A DNA stretch of 63,709 bases, filler included, from Collodictyon triciliatum (Eukaryota): NCBI GenBank assembly GCA_043381765.1. It is 10 parts of 10 records of this genome, joined end to end, with 100 filler letters (N's around TTAATTAATTAA, not from the genome) between each part and the next. Parts side by side here need not be neighbours in the genome. Positions count along the whole stretch, not along the records: positions 48,701 to 55,546 come from JBHJMP010004203.1; positions 55,647 to 62,490 come from JBHJMP010004204.1; positions 62,591 to 63,709 come from JBHJMP010004346.1; 7 more parts are not named here. One strand, given 5' to 3'. The notes under the pieces were generated by a model. It saw only the letters and a program-made list of their open reading frames with translations. It was not told the DNA's origin and ran no database searches. The position numbers were made by a program, and so were the translations under genes. This document shows positions 51,452-63,709 of this stretch, one piece after another. Position 1 is the stretch's first letter. Each line of letters begins with the position of its first letter.

Positions 51452-53462
51452 GCGGGAAAGTGAAGTGGGTGGTACGGGAGGGTTGCGGCGGCTGTCTGGA
51501 TGAGTTTTCTGGGTAGTACGTTTTTTTTTTTAAGCCCTGCGTCGATCAGTTTCTTGACTGTGCTAGAAAAAAAAAAAGGCTGAGAAAGGTTGGGTTCTTG
51601 CAAGAAAGAAGGTATGGCCTCACAACGTCTCACCCAGCCCGACCGGAGGTTGTTCAAAAAACCACACAAAGGCGTGAGAATATTCAGTCAAAAAAATCTA
51701 ATGTGGAAATATATTAATTCGCCTCCTGTTTGTCTCCTCGTAATTCCCTATGTGGTTCGATTCTCGGTGCTTTTTTTCTTTGCCCGATGCAAATTTTGGG
51801 AGTTTAGGACTCACAGGATATTTTTTTCTTTATTTGCGAGCGCGGGTAGAATAGCAAACACAAGTAGGAGATGTTACTGTGGAGAGGCTGGGACTGGAGA
51901 GAAATGATTGACGGCGAGTTGGTCAGGTGGGGGGTCCAACTGGTTGATAGGCTTTGTGGGTAGCAAGTGATTGAATATGTTGTGAGAGATATCTTACGAC
52001 ACTTTCACACATCTCTGTTTGCTAGCTGTTAGACAAGCGGATGATTCGGGCGTGGTTTGGCACTATGCTCAAGGAAGCTGTATTTCACGAAGATTACCAG
52101 CCTAGATGAATCGATACCTCGTTCAGTCAAATAGTTGGAGCGAGTAAAAGGCGCCTGGACGGTGGGTGGCTAAGTTTATTCAAGCAAGACATTCTATGGC
52201 ATGCACGCAATCTTACAAATACTGTTTACGTTTATATCAAAACGGCGAAGTGTCGACCAACTTGCTCATGAACCTAGCAGCGATGACGTTGAAGCACAGA
52301 CGAGAAGAATTAATAAACAGCAGTATGACTGTACAGGCGAAGAATCATACATTTTGGGATACAGTAAGTGCTCTACGAATACAGCAGAATACGAATTGAT
52401 GCAAATACATGAATTATGAGTAATTTTCTATAATATTATTGGTGCGATGAGCGTTTGTTCCAAATTTATAAACGAATGATGTTGTAAGCGGTGGTAAATG
52501 GGAGTAATAAGAACGCGTGAAAGTCCTTTTCTTCTTCAAGTATTACGAGTCTGTATGGTACATTGTTATTCTCCAAGAACGTACCGTCAGGAGTTGCGCT
52601 GAAGCCACGGGGCCGCTCCTCACTAATTCGTAATGCGCCGCCGCGTATAGTCGTTTCAAAATAGCTTAACAGTTTGTGTAGTGACTACATTCAGTAGTTC
52701 TCTTCCCAGCGTGGAAAGTTCCAACTGTGGAGCACCACATGCCTCGGCAGTCCCAATATGAGAAAGATTTTCTCTGCGCGAAGCTATGGAGCCATCTTTG
52801 ATATCTTTTTTTATATATATATATTCTATATACCTAGAATAGAAAGATATCAATCTGATAAACTCCACAGCGCCGCACTTAACTTTCTTAACTTGCTAAG
52901 GATAACCTGCGTGAATGAATCGATGATGAGGGGATATGCATGAAACTATATAAATAACACTAATTGCTACTCTCTCAACAAAAAAAAAATTAGCTGGAAC
53001 AATGCCTTCCAAAACGTTCTCTTCCTAGAATCTTTGGATTCCGCACAAAACACACACGACCCCAAACCCCACAGACAATCGCATCAAAAGTTCATCCATA
53101 CCATACCAGAAAATTAATATGTCATACTAAAAATACTGCATATATGACGCAAACATTATCCTTTTTTGGGGGTTATCCCCAAATCCGGAGGGATACCCTT
53201 CATTCGGTATGTTTTCGCGGTCTTTATCGTCTGTGGCTCAGTTCTGCAGATTCACAACCAAACGCGCTGTGTGCGCATCAGACTTGTCTGCCATTCGCCT
53301 TGATTTCTGCTCGAATAGATTCTGTTCTTCGTTTCCTTTTTTCCTTTGTTTTTTCTTGATTTTTTTGGCTTTATTTTGTTTTTTTGGTTATTTATTATTT
53401 ATGAGTCCATTTCTAACCCAAATACTGGCTATTGAAAAAGAAAGGAAAGGGGAGTTTGGAGA

Positions 53463-53666
53463 ATGCGCATCGCAATAGTGGGAAGCGGAATCAGCGGGCT
53501 CGGAGCTGCCTGGGCTCTGTCCCACCACGATCACGAAATTATCCTCTACGAAAAGAACGACTATGTCGGAGGCCATAGGTTTGCTCTTGGATACAAACAA
53601 ACTGAAGCAGTTTTTTGTTTGTTTTGTTTTGTTTTGTTTTGTTTTGTTTTGTTTTGTTTTGTTTTG

Positions 53667-53699
<33 letters not shown>

Positions 53700-55546
53700 G
53701 TGAAAATTACAAGTTAGTCATGTTATCTTTTCAACTACAGCAACACAGTCACTTTCCAGAGAAAAGATGGACAGAACGTCTCGGTCGGTCAATTTCTTGT
53801 TATGTTTTATGAAACAAAAATACGATAGTAAAAAAAAGGAGTCCCCTATTCTCAAGCCAATAGAGTTGATGGCACAAATAAAAGTAAGAGAACTGACTCG
53901 TTTGTAATCTAGGTGGATACCGGTTTCATTGTCTATAATACCCTGAATTATCCGAACTTGAAGCGTATGTTTGAAAGCCTCAGCGTTGAGACACAGGAGA
54001 GCGATATGAGCTTTGCTGTTTCTGCTGACAATGGTGCTCTCGAATACGCCGGCACAAATCTATTCACCGTAACTCTTCCTTTTTTTTTTTTTTTTTTTTT
54101 TGAAGAATCCCAGTTTTTAAAAAAAACCTTTCACTAAATTTTTCTTTCATGAAAAAATTTTTTTCTTCATGCTTCGTACCGTCACCTTTGTTACTGTAAC
54201 CCATAAACAAGCGCAAAGAACAAAAGCAAAAGCAAACATAAATATCTCCTGCGTACCGCTTTGTTCACGCAGTTTTATTTAACTAGTTCTTTGCCCAAGT
54301 TTCCAACTTGTTCAGCTTTCGTTTCATGCGGTTTCTTCGAGAGATTCTTCGCTTCAATAAAGAGTCGCTGAACGTGCTTCGTAATGAAGGCGACTTTAAG
54401 GAGACTCTTGGTGAATTTTTGGATAGAAACCATTATTCCGCAGAGTTTAGGTAACAAAACCCTTTTCATAAACATAGGCTCATTTTTCTTAAATGAAATT
54501 TTTCTCATGGGATAAAGCCGATTAAAAAAGAAGTGCATTCTTTGTGATGAACGAATACGATTTCGCATGTAGACATTATTACATACTGCCCATGTGCGCT
54601 GCGATATGGAGTGGACCGATGGGAACTATGCTTCAATATCCCATAACGGTGAGTTCTCACGAAGCTGAATAGCGTGTGGCATCAGAAGATAAGAAATATT
54701 TACACATCAACCAATTCACGTATATTTACATATATGTGAACTTAAAAAAATACAAATTAATTGAATTCATCTATATTTTCAGACTCTCATTCGTTTCTTT
54801 CATAATCACTGCCTGATGCAAGCAACAGGGAGACCACAATGGAGAACGGGTATAAATTGCAAATCTACTTAATCACACATCAATCCATATTTCTGATGAT
54901 CAGATTAATTGATGCAGTGACCGGAGGATGCCAAGAGTATGTCAAGAAGATTAAAAGTATCTTGGGCAACAGAATTAAGGTGGGAACCGGGGTTTCTTCT
55001 ATTATCCGAAAGGGAGAAACTGTTAAGGTAATTTATTATGCAAAAACAAAAATTTATTAAAATTATTATTACTATGGCATGTTTCCCCCCCAAAAAAAAA
55101 TCTGGCATGGTAAATGTCATACGATTGATGATTGTTTCAACACTTGAAAGGTTGTTGATTCCAACGGAGACGAAAAAGTGTTCGATCGTATCATCCTTGC
55201 GAGTAATATCAACCAGTCTTAAGTCCACATAATATAACGAACCTTGAAGAAATTGACTCCTTTTTATATATCTTCTTAAATATTCAGCACACAGCGACCA
55301 GGCACTCAGAATTCTTGGTTCTGATGCATCCACTATCGAGGTTCTTTCATCCTGTTTCTATTTAATTTAAAAGATTGTAAAGTTAAGGGGCCAAAAACAA
55401 AACTTATCATGCTTTCTCGAGAAACTCAACTTCTGCTTTATTATTGCAGCAAGAGATATTGTCAGACATAAAGTACCAAAAAAATGTCGCCTGGTTACAC
55501 ACCGATGAAAACTTGATGCCAAAAAGAAAAGCTGTTTGGTCCAGCT
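53463..55546 (+). CDS. FAD-dependent oxidoreductase, COG2907 / amine-oxidase-like family (3' end truncated)
   Basis: MRIAIVGSGISGLGAAWAL..EKNDYVGGHSNT, VDTGFIVYNTLNYPNL..SDMSFAVS, PMCAAIWS, FFHNHCLMQATGRPQWRTVTGG, HSDQAL and LHTDENLMPKRKAVWSS, spread across GT-AG-spliced exons. Confidence 0.9.
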
Positions 55547-55887
55547 NNNNNNNNNNNNNNNNNNNNNNNNNNNNNNNNNNNNNNNNNNNNTTAATTAATT
55601 AANNNNNNNNNNNNNNNNNNNNNNNNNNNNNNNNNNNNNNNNNNNNAGGAAGGCAGGCACAAAAGAAAAAAAAGAAAAAAAAAGAAAAAAAGAAAAAAAG
55701 AGAAAAAAGAGAAAAAAGAGAAAAAAGAGAAAAAAAGAAAAAAGGAAAAGAAAAAGAAAAGGATAAAGGATAAAGGAACAATAGATAAAAAAAAAAAAAA
55801 AGAAAAGGGAAAGTTTTCTCCTTTCTTTTCCTCTTTCTATTTTTTCCCCCCTTCCCAAACGCCGCAGCTCAAAGGATTAAGGACGCT

Positions 55888-56916
55888 TTAGCTGGAACTT
55901 CCCGAGCCGACATAAGGATGCATCTGAACCAAGCGGTTGTGGGGTGCCTGGTGGGCAAAATCATCATCGAGATGCTGGCTCGCATCATCTTCGCGTTGGA
56001 CTGTGCCGATGCGCAAAGGGACGTGTATTTGCTGCTGCCTGAGCTGACTCACACCCGTAAAGACCAAGACGACCTTCAAGCGAGACTGGATGGTGATGAG
56101 GGAATCCGGGGCGGCGTAGTCGGCGGCGGCGTTTGGCGGGATGACAACTTCCTTTGCAATCATGAAGTTGGTCTTGCCGGGCGGGACAGACTGCGGATGG
56201 TCCAGAAGAAGGGTGTCTTCGTAGCAGACTTCAACGTGGCCTTGGGCTTTGTATGCAACCTTCTGGGAGAGGAGGAATCTCACGCGGGTGACTTCTTGGC
56301 GGGAGGAGTTGGACAGGACCAGCGTGGGCGTGAAGGCTTGTCCACACAGGACGGCCGCATGTGGGACGGTCAACTCGCTGGCAATCGGGTCACTTTCCCA
56401 CCAGAAGCAGCAGAGCGAGGTTGACTCGTGGACAACCAGCGGCCTTTGCACATGGACAGGCGGAATCTCCACCGCGTCGGCCACGTTTACTGTGACCTTG
56501 GCCTTGGGGTTCTTTTGCCACTTGACAAAGACCTCGGCCTTGATTGTGTAGGCCACAGTCCCGTGCGAGCCTTGGAAAGACGGAGGAAGCTTCTTGTGGA
56601 ACGGGGCCGAAAACTCAAAGGGGAAGGTCTGCTCCTCGGCAAAGTTCAAGGGTTCGGAGCCGAGAAGGCCCTCGCTTCGCCAAAGGATGCTTTTTTCTTG
56701 CAGGACCACCCGCGATTCTTTCTGGGTGGTGCTGTTCTCGGCAGATTCTCGCTGCACAAAAGTCTTGACTCGGCCTTTGAAGTGGGCCACCACAGACTGG
56801 GGCTCAAGGGCCTTCAGCGAGCGCACAGTGATGTTTCCTTGGATCGTCTCTCCCGGGAGGAAGGGAGTCGCCTTTGTGTTGGTAATCACAACCTGGACAT
56901 TGCTGAGGCTCAACAT
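55888..56916 (-). CDS. Alpha-arrestin (arrestin N and C domains), intronless
   Basis: The 342-aa ORF has FLPGETIQGNI..FKG..FPFEFSAP..LPPSFQGSHGTVAYTIKA, and a C-domain with NSSRQEV..LSQKVAYKA..VPLRIGTV. Confidence 0.9.
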   Translation of the reverse strand: MLSLSNVQVVITNTKATPFLPGETIQGNITVRSLKALEPQSVVAHFKGRVKTFVQRESAENSTTQKESRVVLQEKSILWRSEGLLGSEPLNFAEEQTFPFEFSAPFHKKLPPSFQGSHGTVAYTIKAEVFVKWQKNPKAKVTVNVADAVEIPPVHVQRPLVVHESTSLCCFWWESDPIASELTVPHAAVLCGQAFTPTLVLSNSSRQEVTRVRFLLSQKVAYKAQGHVEVCYEDTLLLDHPQSVPPGKTNFMIAKEVVIPPNAAADYAAPDSLITIQSRLKVVLVFTGVSQLRQQQIHVPLRIGTVQREDDASQHLDDDFAHQAPHNRLVQMHPYVGSGSSS

Positions 56917-58343
56917 CGGCTTGTCTTTGCGTCTCTGGCGCTCAATCTGCCTAGTATTGGAGAGTTGTTTCAGCCTCTTTTCAAAAAAAAAAAAAAGCTG
57001 TTTTTTTTGTTTAGTTTTATTTTGTTCTTTTCTTTTCTTTCCTTTTCTTTTCTTTTCTTTTCTTTTTCTTATTCAAAAAGTAATGAGAACCGGAACTGAA
57101 GTAGTGTCAGGCTACTGTCCACGCCTCTCAATACTCTGATAACCTTTTCATCCCAGACAAAAGCCGAAGTGTGATGACTTCAGGGATCAAAAAAAAAATA
57201 AGATATGGGGAAGGCCATAAGGCGAAGGGAAGAAGGCACGTCCGCCGCGAAGGCATAAATACTGGCAGCACTGTGAGAATGTGAACAGAATGACATGACG
57301 GCTGCGAACGAAGCAGACCTTGCCTGCAGCAAGATGCAAAACGCGTCGGAAATGCGTTTCCTTTGTGAAAAGGGTGGCTGACGGCAAAGGGTTCTCGGAT
57401 TCAGAGCAATCATAGCATTTGTGGATAAAAGAGACTTTGGGTTTCTCGGCCTGTGGCCTTTGCCTTCTATCGCTGCTGTTGGCTGCAGTCCACCTCCTTT
57501 TTCCCTGTCTGGTTTATTATATTTCTTTGTCTCGCTCGCTCTCTCTCTTAATATCAGACTCGACTTCTTGGTAACGTTAACCCCCCCCTTTTTTTTTTTT
57601 TTTGAAAAAAATAATACTCATAAAGCAGCATTTACTACTGGGTAAGTGGCCCACGTTATGGGCGATTCTGTAGCAACTCTATTATTTTGAGATATAGTAT
57701 GATATTGTGCTGAGAGTGGTATTGTCGCGCGCTGGTCTATCATGCTGTGTGGTACTTTGCATGCTTATGACATAAAACTTCTTTGCCTTTCAAAATCCAT
57801 GAACAGGTTTCTAGCGATCTCAACACTTGTGTATTTTTCATAACAAGATACTTGTTTGCTGTGTTGATAGAGCATGGAATAGCAGCCTATAGTTGAAGCT
57901 GTTGTTTCCCGCCCCTCCTCCTCTATTCGATTCAAACAACTTATACTTGAAGTTATCGATATTGCCTGTAACTTGGGAGATTCGCTTTTAGAGGGAACCA
58001 AATGAGAAGAATGTAAATATGAAAGATAATGGTTTGATTTGCGTTTAGGTACGAAGAAATAATATAGTAGTGTTAATAAATGGGAACGAGTTAACTCGAA
58101 TATAAAAATTTTCTAATACAATTGCTATTAATCGATTTCATGTCATATCAAAAGTGATTTTTGCTCCACTTTTTCTTCTTTTTTGCAAGTTGCTTCAGTG
58201 TCGTGTAGTGAAGCAGTTTCTATTCAACTGAATGTTGTATATTTATTTATTTATCTATCTATCATTAATTACCAAAATTATATATTTATTTTATTTCTTA
58301 CTATTATCGATTTATTTTACTCGTTCCACAGCAAAGGGTAGAG

Positions 58344-59487
58344 ATGGACATCCATGAGAGAAATATTGCATTTACTGTATGGTTGGAAAAGTTAAGAGAG
58401 GTTGAGTTGGAGTCCGTGTTTGAAGCTGGTTTGTATATCATTTCATTGTAATTCGCCACTTGGTCTTATTCTTAAAGATGACAATGTCGTATAAACACCC
58501 CATTTTAATATGGATATGACTGAATTCAAGAAACTTGTTTGATTTTAAGCATTATAGCTTTACTCTGTGTAGTTTTCCATTCTTATTTTTTTTTCATTAA
58601 TTAACACACATCCTAATGCATAGATATTGCAGAAAATGGCGGGCTCTCATATTATTTGCGCCTTGTTGCTATTAGAGGCCAGTTCCAGGATACCTGTCAT
58701 ATATTGGTTCAAAAAAAGTTACCAGACTTCCAAGAATCTAGTGATAGTGAGAGTAAAAGACATAAAGCAGATGAAAGGTCACCAACCCGTGAATCCAGTT
58801 CTAACGTTGAAGGAAACTGTGTTTTCCATTCACAAATAATCATTGATTCATCAGCATTAGTCAATGACACATGGGAGAGGATTCACCTTGGTACTTTCAT
58901 TTGACAAATATGAATGGCATTCTTTGTGGCCATTTGATTCAATCATGCGCGGGGGAAAAAGCCTATTGTTTATACTTTTTTAAACAAAAGAAAATAATTA
59001 TAAGGTTCATGGAAAGACTTGCACCAATCTTGGAGACAGCTATATATGTACAGTATTTTGTACGATGTTGGACAAAAGATAATAGACAATTTAGACCATG
59101 AGGTATACTAGGAACTCTAATTTCAGAAAATTTTCTTTCTAGAGAAATTTAATTTACATTTTTATCTACCTTGTTTATTTTTTTTTTCACGATTTTACCA
59201 TTTCATATTTGTTTTTCTCATCCATGAAAGATTAATGACAGCACTGCGAAGAAGTATTGTCGGGATTTGGACCAAAGTTTGATCGTTGGACATCACGGAA
59301 CAGATAGACGTACTTTGTAAATTATGCAACTGGATGTATATATATTACGATACCAATTGGGCACAAGAAACTGTCTGAATATATTTCGTCATTAGACTTG
59401 AGGCAACTAGTTGAAGAAATTCTTAGTCTACTGCAGAAACTCCATACAGATAGAAAAAGCTTCGTCGAAAATGCAGATTCTGAGTAA

Positions 59488-59548
<61 letters not shown>

Positions 59549-61526
59549 CCACTCAATACTTGACCTGGAAATATTTTCATTCAATTTTCAAGAAATTGGC
59601 GATGCAAAATAGGTCAACCAAACTACAAGAGACACCAATCAACTTAAACCCACATAAAATTCTCAGAACAATAGAAGCTCCTCCTTTAGATAGATTTTTT
59701 AATGAGTAAGATTCATCATTCAACTTTTCTTTTTCTTTTTCTTTTTCTTTTTCTTTTTCTTTTTCTTTTTCTTTTTTTGTATCATCGGTGAATTATTAAA
59801 CTTATTTTTTTTTAAAAAAAATAAATTATTTTCTGGGGGAAAAATACATAGGTATATGATTCTAGGGAGGCCTGTTCTGATCAGAAAAGGAATAGAAGCA
59901 TGGCCTGCTTATTCGGACCCGAGCCGTTCATGGGCAAACTTATCGTATTTAAAGAGCAAAATGGTTTACGAATGATACAAATATGATAAATTAACCATTC
60001 CAAGAACTATGTGCTGGGGTGGAAATCCACATAAAATTGAATATTAGTCGATGCAAACAAACTTAACCACACTAGGGGTTGAGAACGGTTCCCATAGAGT
60101 TTGGTAGTCATTACCTTGTCGACAAATTCTCATTAAAAATGATGACAGTGGAAGATTTTATAGAGACATGCATTAACAGTGTATTTACATTATAAAACAT
60201 GTATATGCACACATCATTTCAACTAACGAAGGTATACACATTTCAAGAAATCAAAGGAATGTGGTTATCTCGCCCAACACAAAGTACGTATATTAAGTAT
60301 GGAATGCTCATTCTAATGTGTTACTTTTTTTTCCTTATTTCGATTCAAAGCATTCTAATGTGTTACTTAATATCATCTACAACCACATCTTTGAATCGAA
60401 TATATTAAGAAAAAAAAACTGCAATCGCATAGTTGTTTGATCAAATACCATCCTTGAAGCAAGACATAATGATTCCCGACTACTGTTGCTTGACTGAAAA
60501 GTATTCAGTTTTTTTCTTTTTTAGCTTTTTCTTAGTAAGATTGAATATAATGGGGTTTTATCTATAAAGAAATGTGAGAATATCATCAGAGTAATTCGAT
60601 CTGAGGAATTTCATAAATCACCGCAAAACAGAGATGAATCTTCAACAGAACCACAAATAAATGCATGGTTTGGCCCTGGAGGTAGCTCCACTTCGCCCTA
60701 ATATACTTTGATTAATCTCTAGGGGCCTTATTTTATATGATGATGATCTTGAAAGAAATTTTTTTGAAGAAAACAACTGAAGTACATGTTTATGGAAGCG
60801 TACGAAGTGGTCTAATTCATTAAATTTTATAGGAACGATATCGCCTCTGCATTATGACCCTAGCCATAACATTTTTTGTCAAGTAGTCGGTCGAAAATAC
60901 ATTCGTTTGTACGCACCCGAGCATTCCACTGCTCTTTATCCATATGAAGAGCAGCTGTTGAAAAATTCTAGTCAGGTTGGCAACTAGAGTTGATTTCACT
61001 TTCATATGAACCATACATAATTTTTTTTCCTTTATTCGATTTTGAACCATACATATTTTAATCTCGAGATTGAAAATGTGTTTATTACAACTCATATTGA
61101 TATTGAAATCAAGGTAAATAAATTACATTTCATGTTCTTGAGACTATTGCAATAGCAAGTAAATTATTTGTCTATTCGTTCGGAAATATTCCTCCATTTC
61201 TTTCAGATTATAATTGCTGTTATTTAGAACCAGGAATTTCCTTCCATAGGTTGACTTGAATTGCGTCGACCATCAGAAGTTTCCCCTGTTTGAAAGCGCT
61301 CCCTACTTTGAGGTAACCATATATTTACCCATGATTATACCGAGGAAGCAAAAGGAATGCTGCATAGATATGTTATATATATGAAACAAAATTAACTATA
61401 ATTTATTTAATAATATGAAATAAGTGTGTTATCGAATCCGGAGATATGTTGTATTTGCCACCGAGATGGTGGCATTACGTGAGGTCTCTTGAAACCAGCT
61501 TCTCGGTTTCCTTCTGGTGGGACTAA
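58344..61526 (+). CDS. KDM8: JmjC-domain protein KDM8/JMJD5-like, many exons
   Basis: [87 protein letters not shown] and [17 protein letters not shown]. The HxD..H triad is intact. The start codon is inferred. Confidence 0.9.
60327..60350 (-). mobile_element. Tiny A-tailed insert, family B, with 18-bp TSD; a second, opposite-strand copy lies at 60389-60418
   Basis: CATTCTAATGTGTTACTT lies at 60309-60326 and 60351-60368, flanking minus-strand CTTTGAATCGAAATAAGG(A)n. The second copy, CTTTGAATCGAATATATTAAG(A)9, sits between CTACAACCACAT and CTGCAATCGCAT. Both are in a KDM8 intron. Confidence 0.75.
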
Positions 61527-61815
61527 TCTACGCGGCTCGTCAAGTGAAAATAAAAAAAATAAAAAAAGGGATATAAAGAAAAGGCCAATATGTTGTCTGT
61601 CTTAGAGAGGTTAAGTTTTAAATCATTCACTACCACACCGCACAAATGCTGAATCTCTCGACAGTTCTCTGAGATATGTCCAGTCGCACACTTTTCTTTC
61701 AAAAAGAAAAAAAGAAGGAAAGGGTGGTTGCGGTATTGTTTATTCGATAGGTCAAAGGCCAAAGATATTCCTCGTTCATATTGGTCAGTGTCGCAAAGTG
61801 AGAGAAGTGAATATA

Positions 61816-61884
61816 CGGTTTCCTCAGCAGCTTTATTTTCTCTCAATAAACTGTTTAAATGAAATGAAATGAAATAAAAAAAAA
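61816..61884 (+). mobile_element. Diverged copy of family C insert
   Basis: CGGTTTCCTCAGCAGCTTTATTTTCTCTCAATAAACTGTT followed by an A-rich tail. Confidence 0.65.
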
Positions 61885-62590
61885 TGGTTATGTGCCTTCT
61901 CCGAATCTGGTGACTGCATTGATGATCCCCAACACTACAAGGTTTGATGTATTTTCCTCTTTGTTCGATTCAATACTACAAACTATGATCTTAACAGCTA
62001 CCGAGAGGCCAAAGGCTAGTAGCCAAAGTCATTTGACAGGCTGTGATCTATTCGAGTTTAGCCAGAATAATAATGATTAAAAAAATAACGCTCTCCGTGC
62101 CGCTCCAATGGCTGGTTTTTGGGGGGTTCACTTTTGTTTCCACTTTCTGTGGTGACCAAACACCATTATGATCAAACGAGTGCACTTTCTTCTGCAATAA
62201 TATAATACCGGGACTCGAACTCAAGGAATGGAAGAGGGGAACTGCTGTGGGGCGCTTGTCGAGGTAAAGCACCGCTACATGGCGTTCGAGGAGTTCATGG
62301 ATAAGGTTTATATGGATCCAAGCTATCGTTTTTTGATCGTTTCTTTTTTCGTTTCATTTTTTCTATTTTCTTTGTCTTTGTCTTTTTCTTCTCTTTTTCT
62401 TTTTCTTTTTCTTTTTCTTTTTCTTTTTCTTTTTCTTTTTCTTTTTCTTTTTCTTTTTCTTTTTCTTTTTCTTTTTTTTTTTTTTTTTTTNNNNNNNNNN
62501 NNNNNNNNNNNNNNNNNNNNNNNNNNNNNNNNNNTTAATTAATTAANNNNNNNNNNNNNNNNNNNNNNNNNNNNNNNNNNNNNNNNNNNN

Positions 62591-62840
62591 CCACCACCTT
62601 CGCTGAATGTTGCCCTGGCCAAGCTTGTAGAGACCGCCAAGAATAGCGACAGTCGAGACAGCGAAAAGGACAGACGAGGCTCACGGTCCGCATGCACCGA
62701 GCAAGGCGAACGCAGCATTCCGCCTGCTGCCGGCAAGCGGACCTGGTGTTCCCTCGTCTGTCCTTTTCGCTGTCTCGACTGTCGCTATTCTTGGCGGTCT
62801 CTACAAGCTTGGCCAGGGCAACATTCAGCGAAGGTGGTGG
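62591..62840. repeat. Perfect 89-bp inverted repeat starting at the contig edge
   Basis: 62591-62679 is the exact reverse complement of 62752-62840, with a 72-nt spacer. Confidence 0.95.
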
Positions 62841-63592
62841 CCGTAAAATATCCCAACTGAATTGCTTGGCTTTCTTCCTACACGTTTTTCGATGAGCCAC
62901 TTCGTTTTTGGTTTCTCTCTTTTCCTCCTCTTTTTACTTTTCCGTCTTTAGATTCAGGGTGTTTTTTTTTTTTTTAAAATGCTGCACCAGGCCATACTGG
63001 AATGAAAAGGATAGACTGCACCTGTACTTGCTGACCACTATATTCTTTGTACTTGTATTCATCACTGAGAATCACTACTTAGAGCTGTCGCTGATGAGAA
63101 GCGCGCTGCAAAGAAGGCCATTCTCCCATTGCTTCAGGCAGAGTCTGATGCCAGGTAAATTAGCGCAGATTCCTCTCAGTCTTCTTGTGAAGCTTAAGTC
63201 ATATTCATTTACATAGCTATGTACATAATAAAATGATTGGTTGGTTTGAGTTTGTGAGGTTGGGAAGTTTTCTAAGCTGCGAGTTTGTGAATGTCTCTCC
63301 CATGGTTATTGCCGCTGAACTCATTACTTTTCCATATCTTGCAATTAAACACTTAATATTAAAGAAATTAAGCAGATTGACAATGCACATTTTCACCGCA
63401 GTTATGTCCGTGCCATGCCGAGGATTACGAAAGAGAGGCCAAATCATGAAAACGTTCCTGGTGGAGGTTGGAAAGAGTGTCTATAATACGAAGTTGATGC
63501 CCCCCACAGTGCTCAAGCATCTCATCTAAACCACACCTGAAAGATGGAGGACATACACGACGAGATAAAAAATAAAAGAATCACCCCCTCAA

Positions 63593-63643
<51 letters not shown>

Positions 63644-63709
63644 AATCACCATTCGTCGGGTGGGGAACGCAGTTCGCTTGTCTTCGTGCTGCTTCATCAC
63701 CGCACATAC

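Noticed and set aside
51960-52260. Possible second decayed LINE end (DTFTHL.., ILWHARN)
   Set aside because: The motifs are in different frames with stops, and the evidence is insufficient without a profile search.
8336-62542. ORFs with poly-K/F/L/N/Y/MS runs and antisense ORFs over real genes
   Set aside because: They are translations of intronic microsatellites, N runs or shadow frames.

Overview
Eukaryotic (protist-type) DNA, not one locus. Ten unrelated contigs of about 6.85 kb, roughly size-sorted, are joined by artificial 100-nt spacers (N44-TTAATTAATTAA-N44). Genes have short GT-AG introns and many microsatellites, so most ORF-track entries are exon fragments or noise. Splicing by eye gives an SLC35D-like nucleotide-sugar transporter, NUDT22 and a CANT1 apyrase side by side on one contig; an STI1-domain protein; an LRR/Cys-rich multi-pass membrane receptor; a copine; CCP5/AGBL5; a large NACHT-TPR-pentapeptide-WD40-SEL1-like mosaic; a zf-CW protein; an EF-hand purple acid phosphatase; a Roco GTPase; a COG2907-type flavoprotein; an alpha-arrestin; KDM8/JMJD5; and a decayed LINE end. 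Three observations stand out. (1) Three sensor-type genes on separate contigs encode repeats as one repeat per symmetric exon (9 x 69 nt LRR, 5 x 126 nt TPR, 2 x 69 nt LRR), a candidate modular recognition repertoire. (2) Three families of tiny (about 24-66 nt) poly(A)-tailed inserts occur, several flanked by 12-18 bp target-site duplications, with coincident 5' ends. (3) The three UDP-metabolism genes may form a functional cluster. Exon boundaries were read manually and the organism cannot be named from this window.
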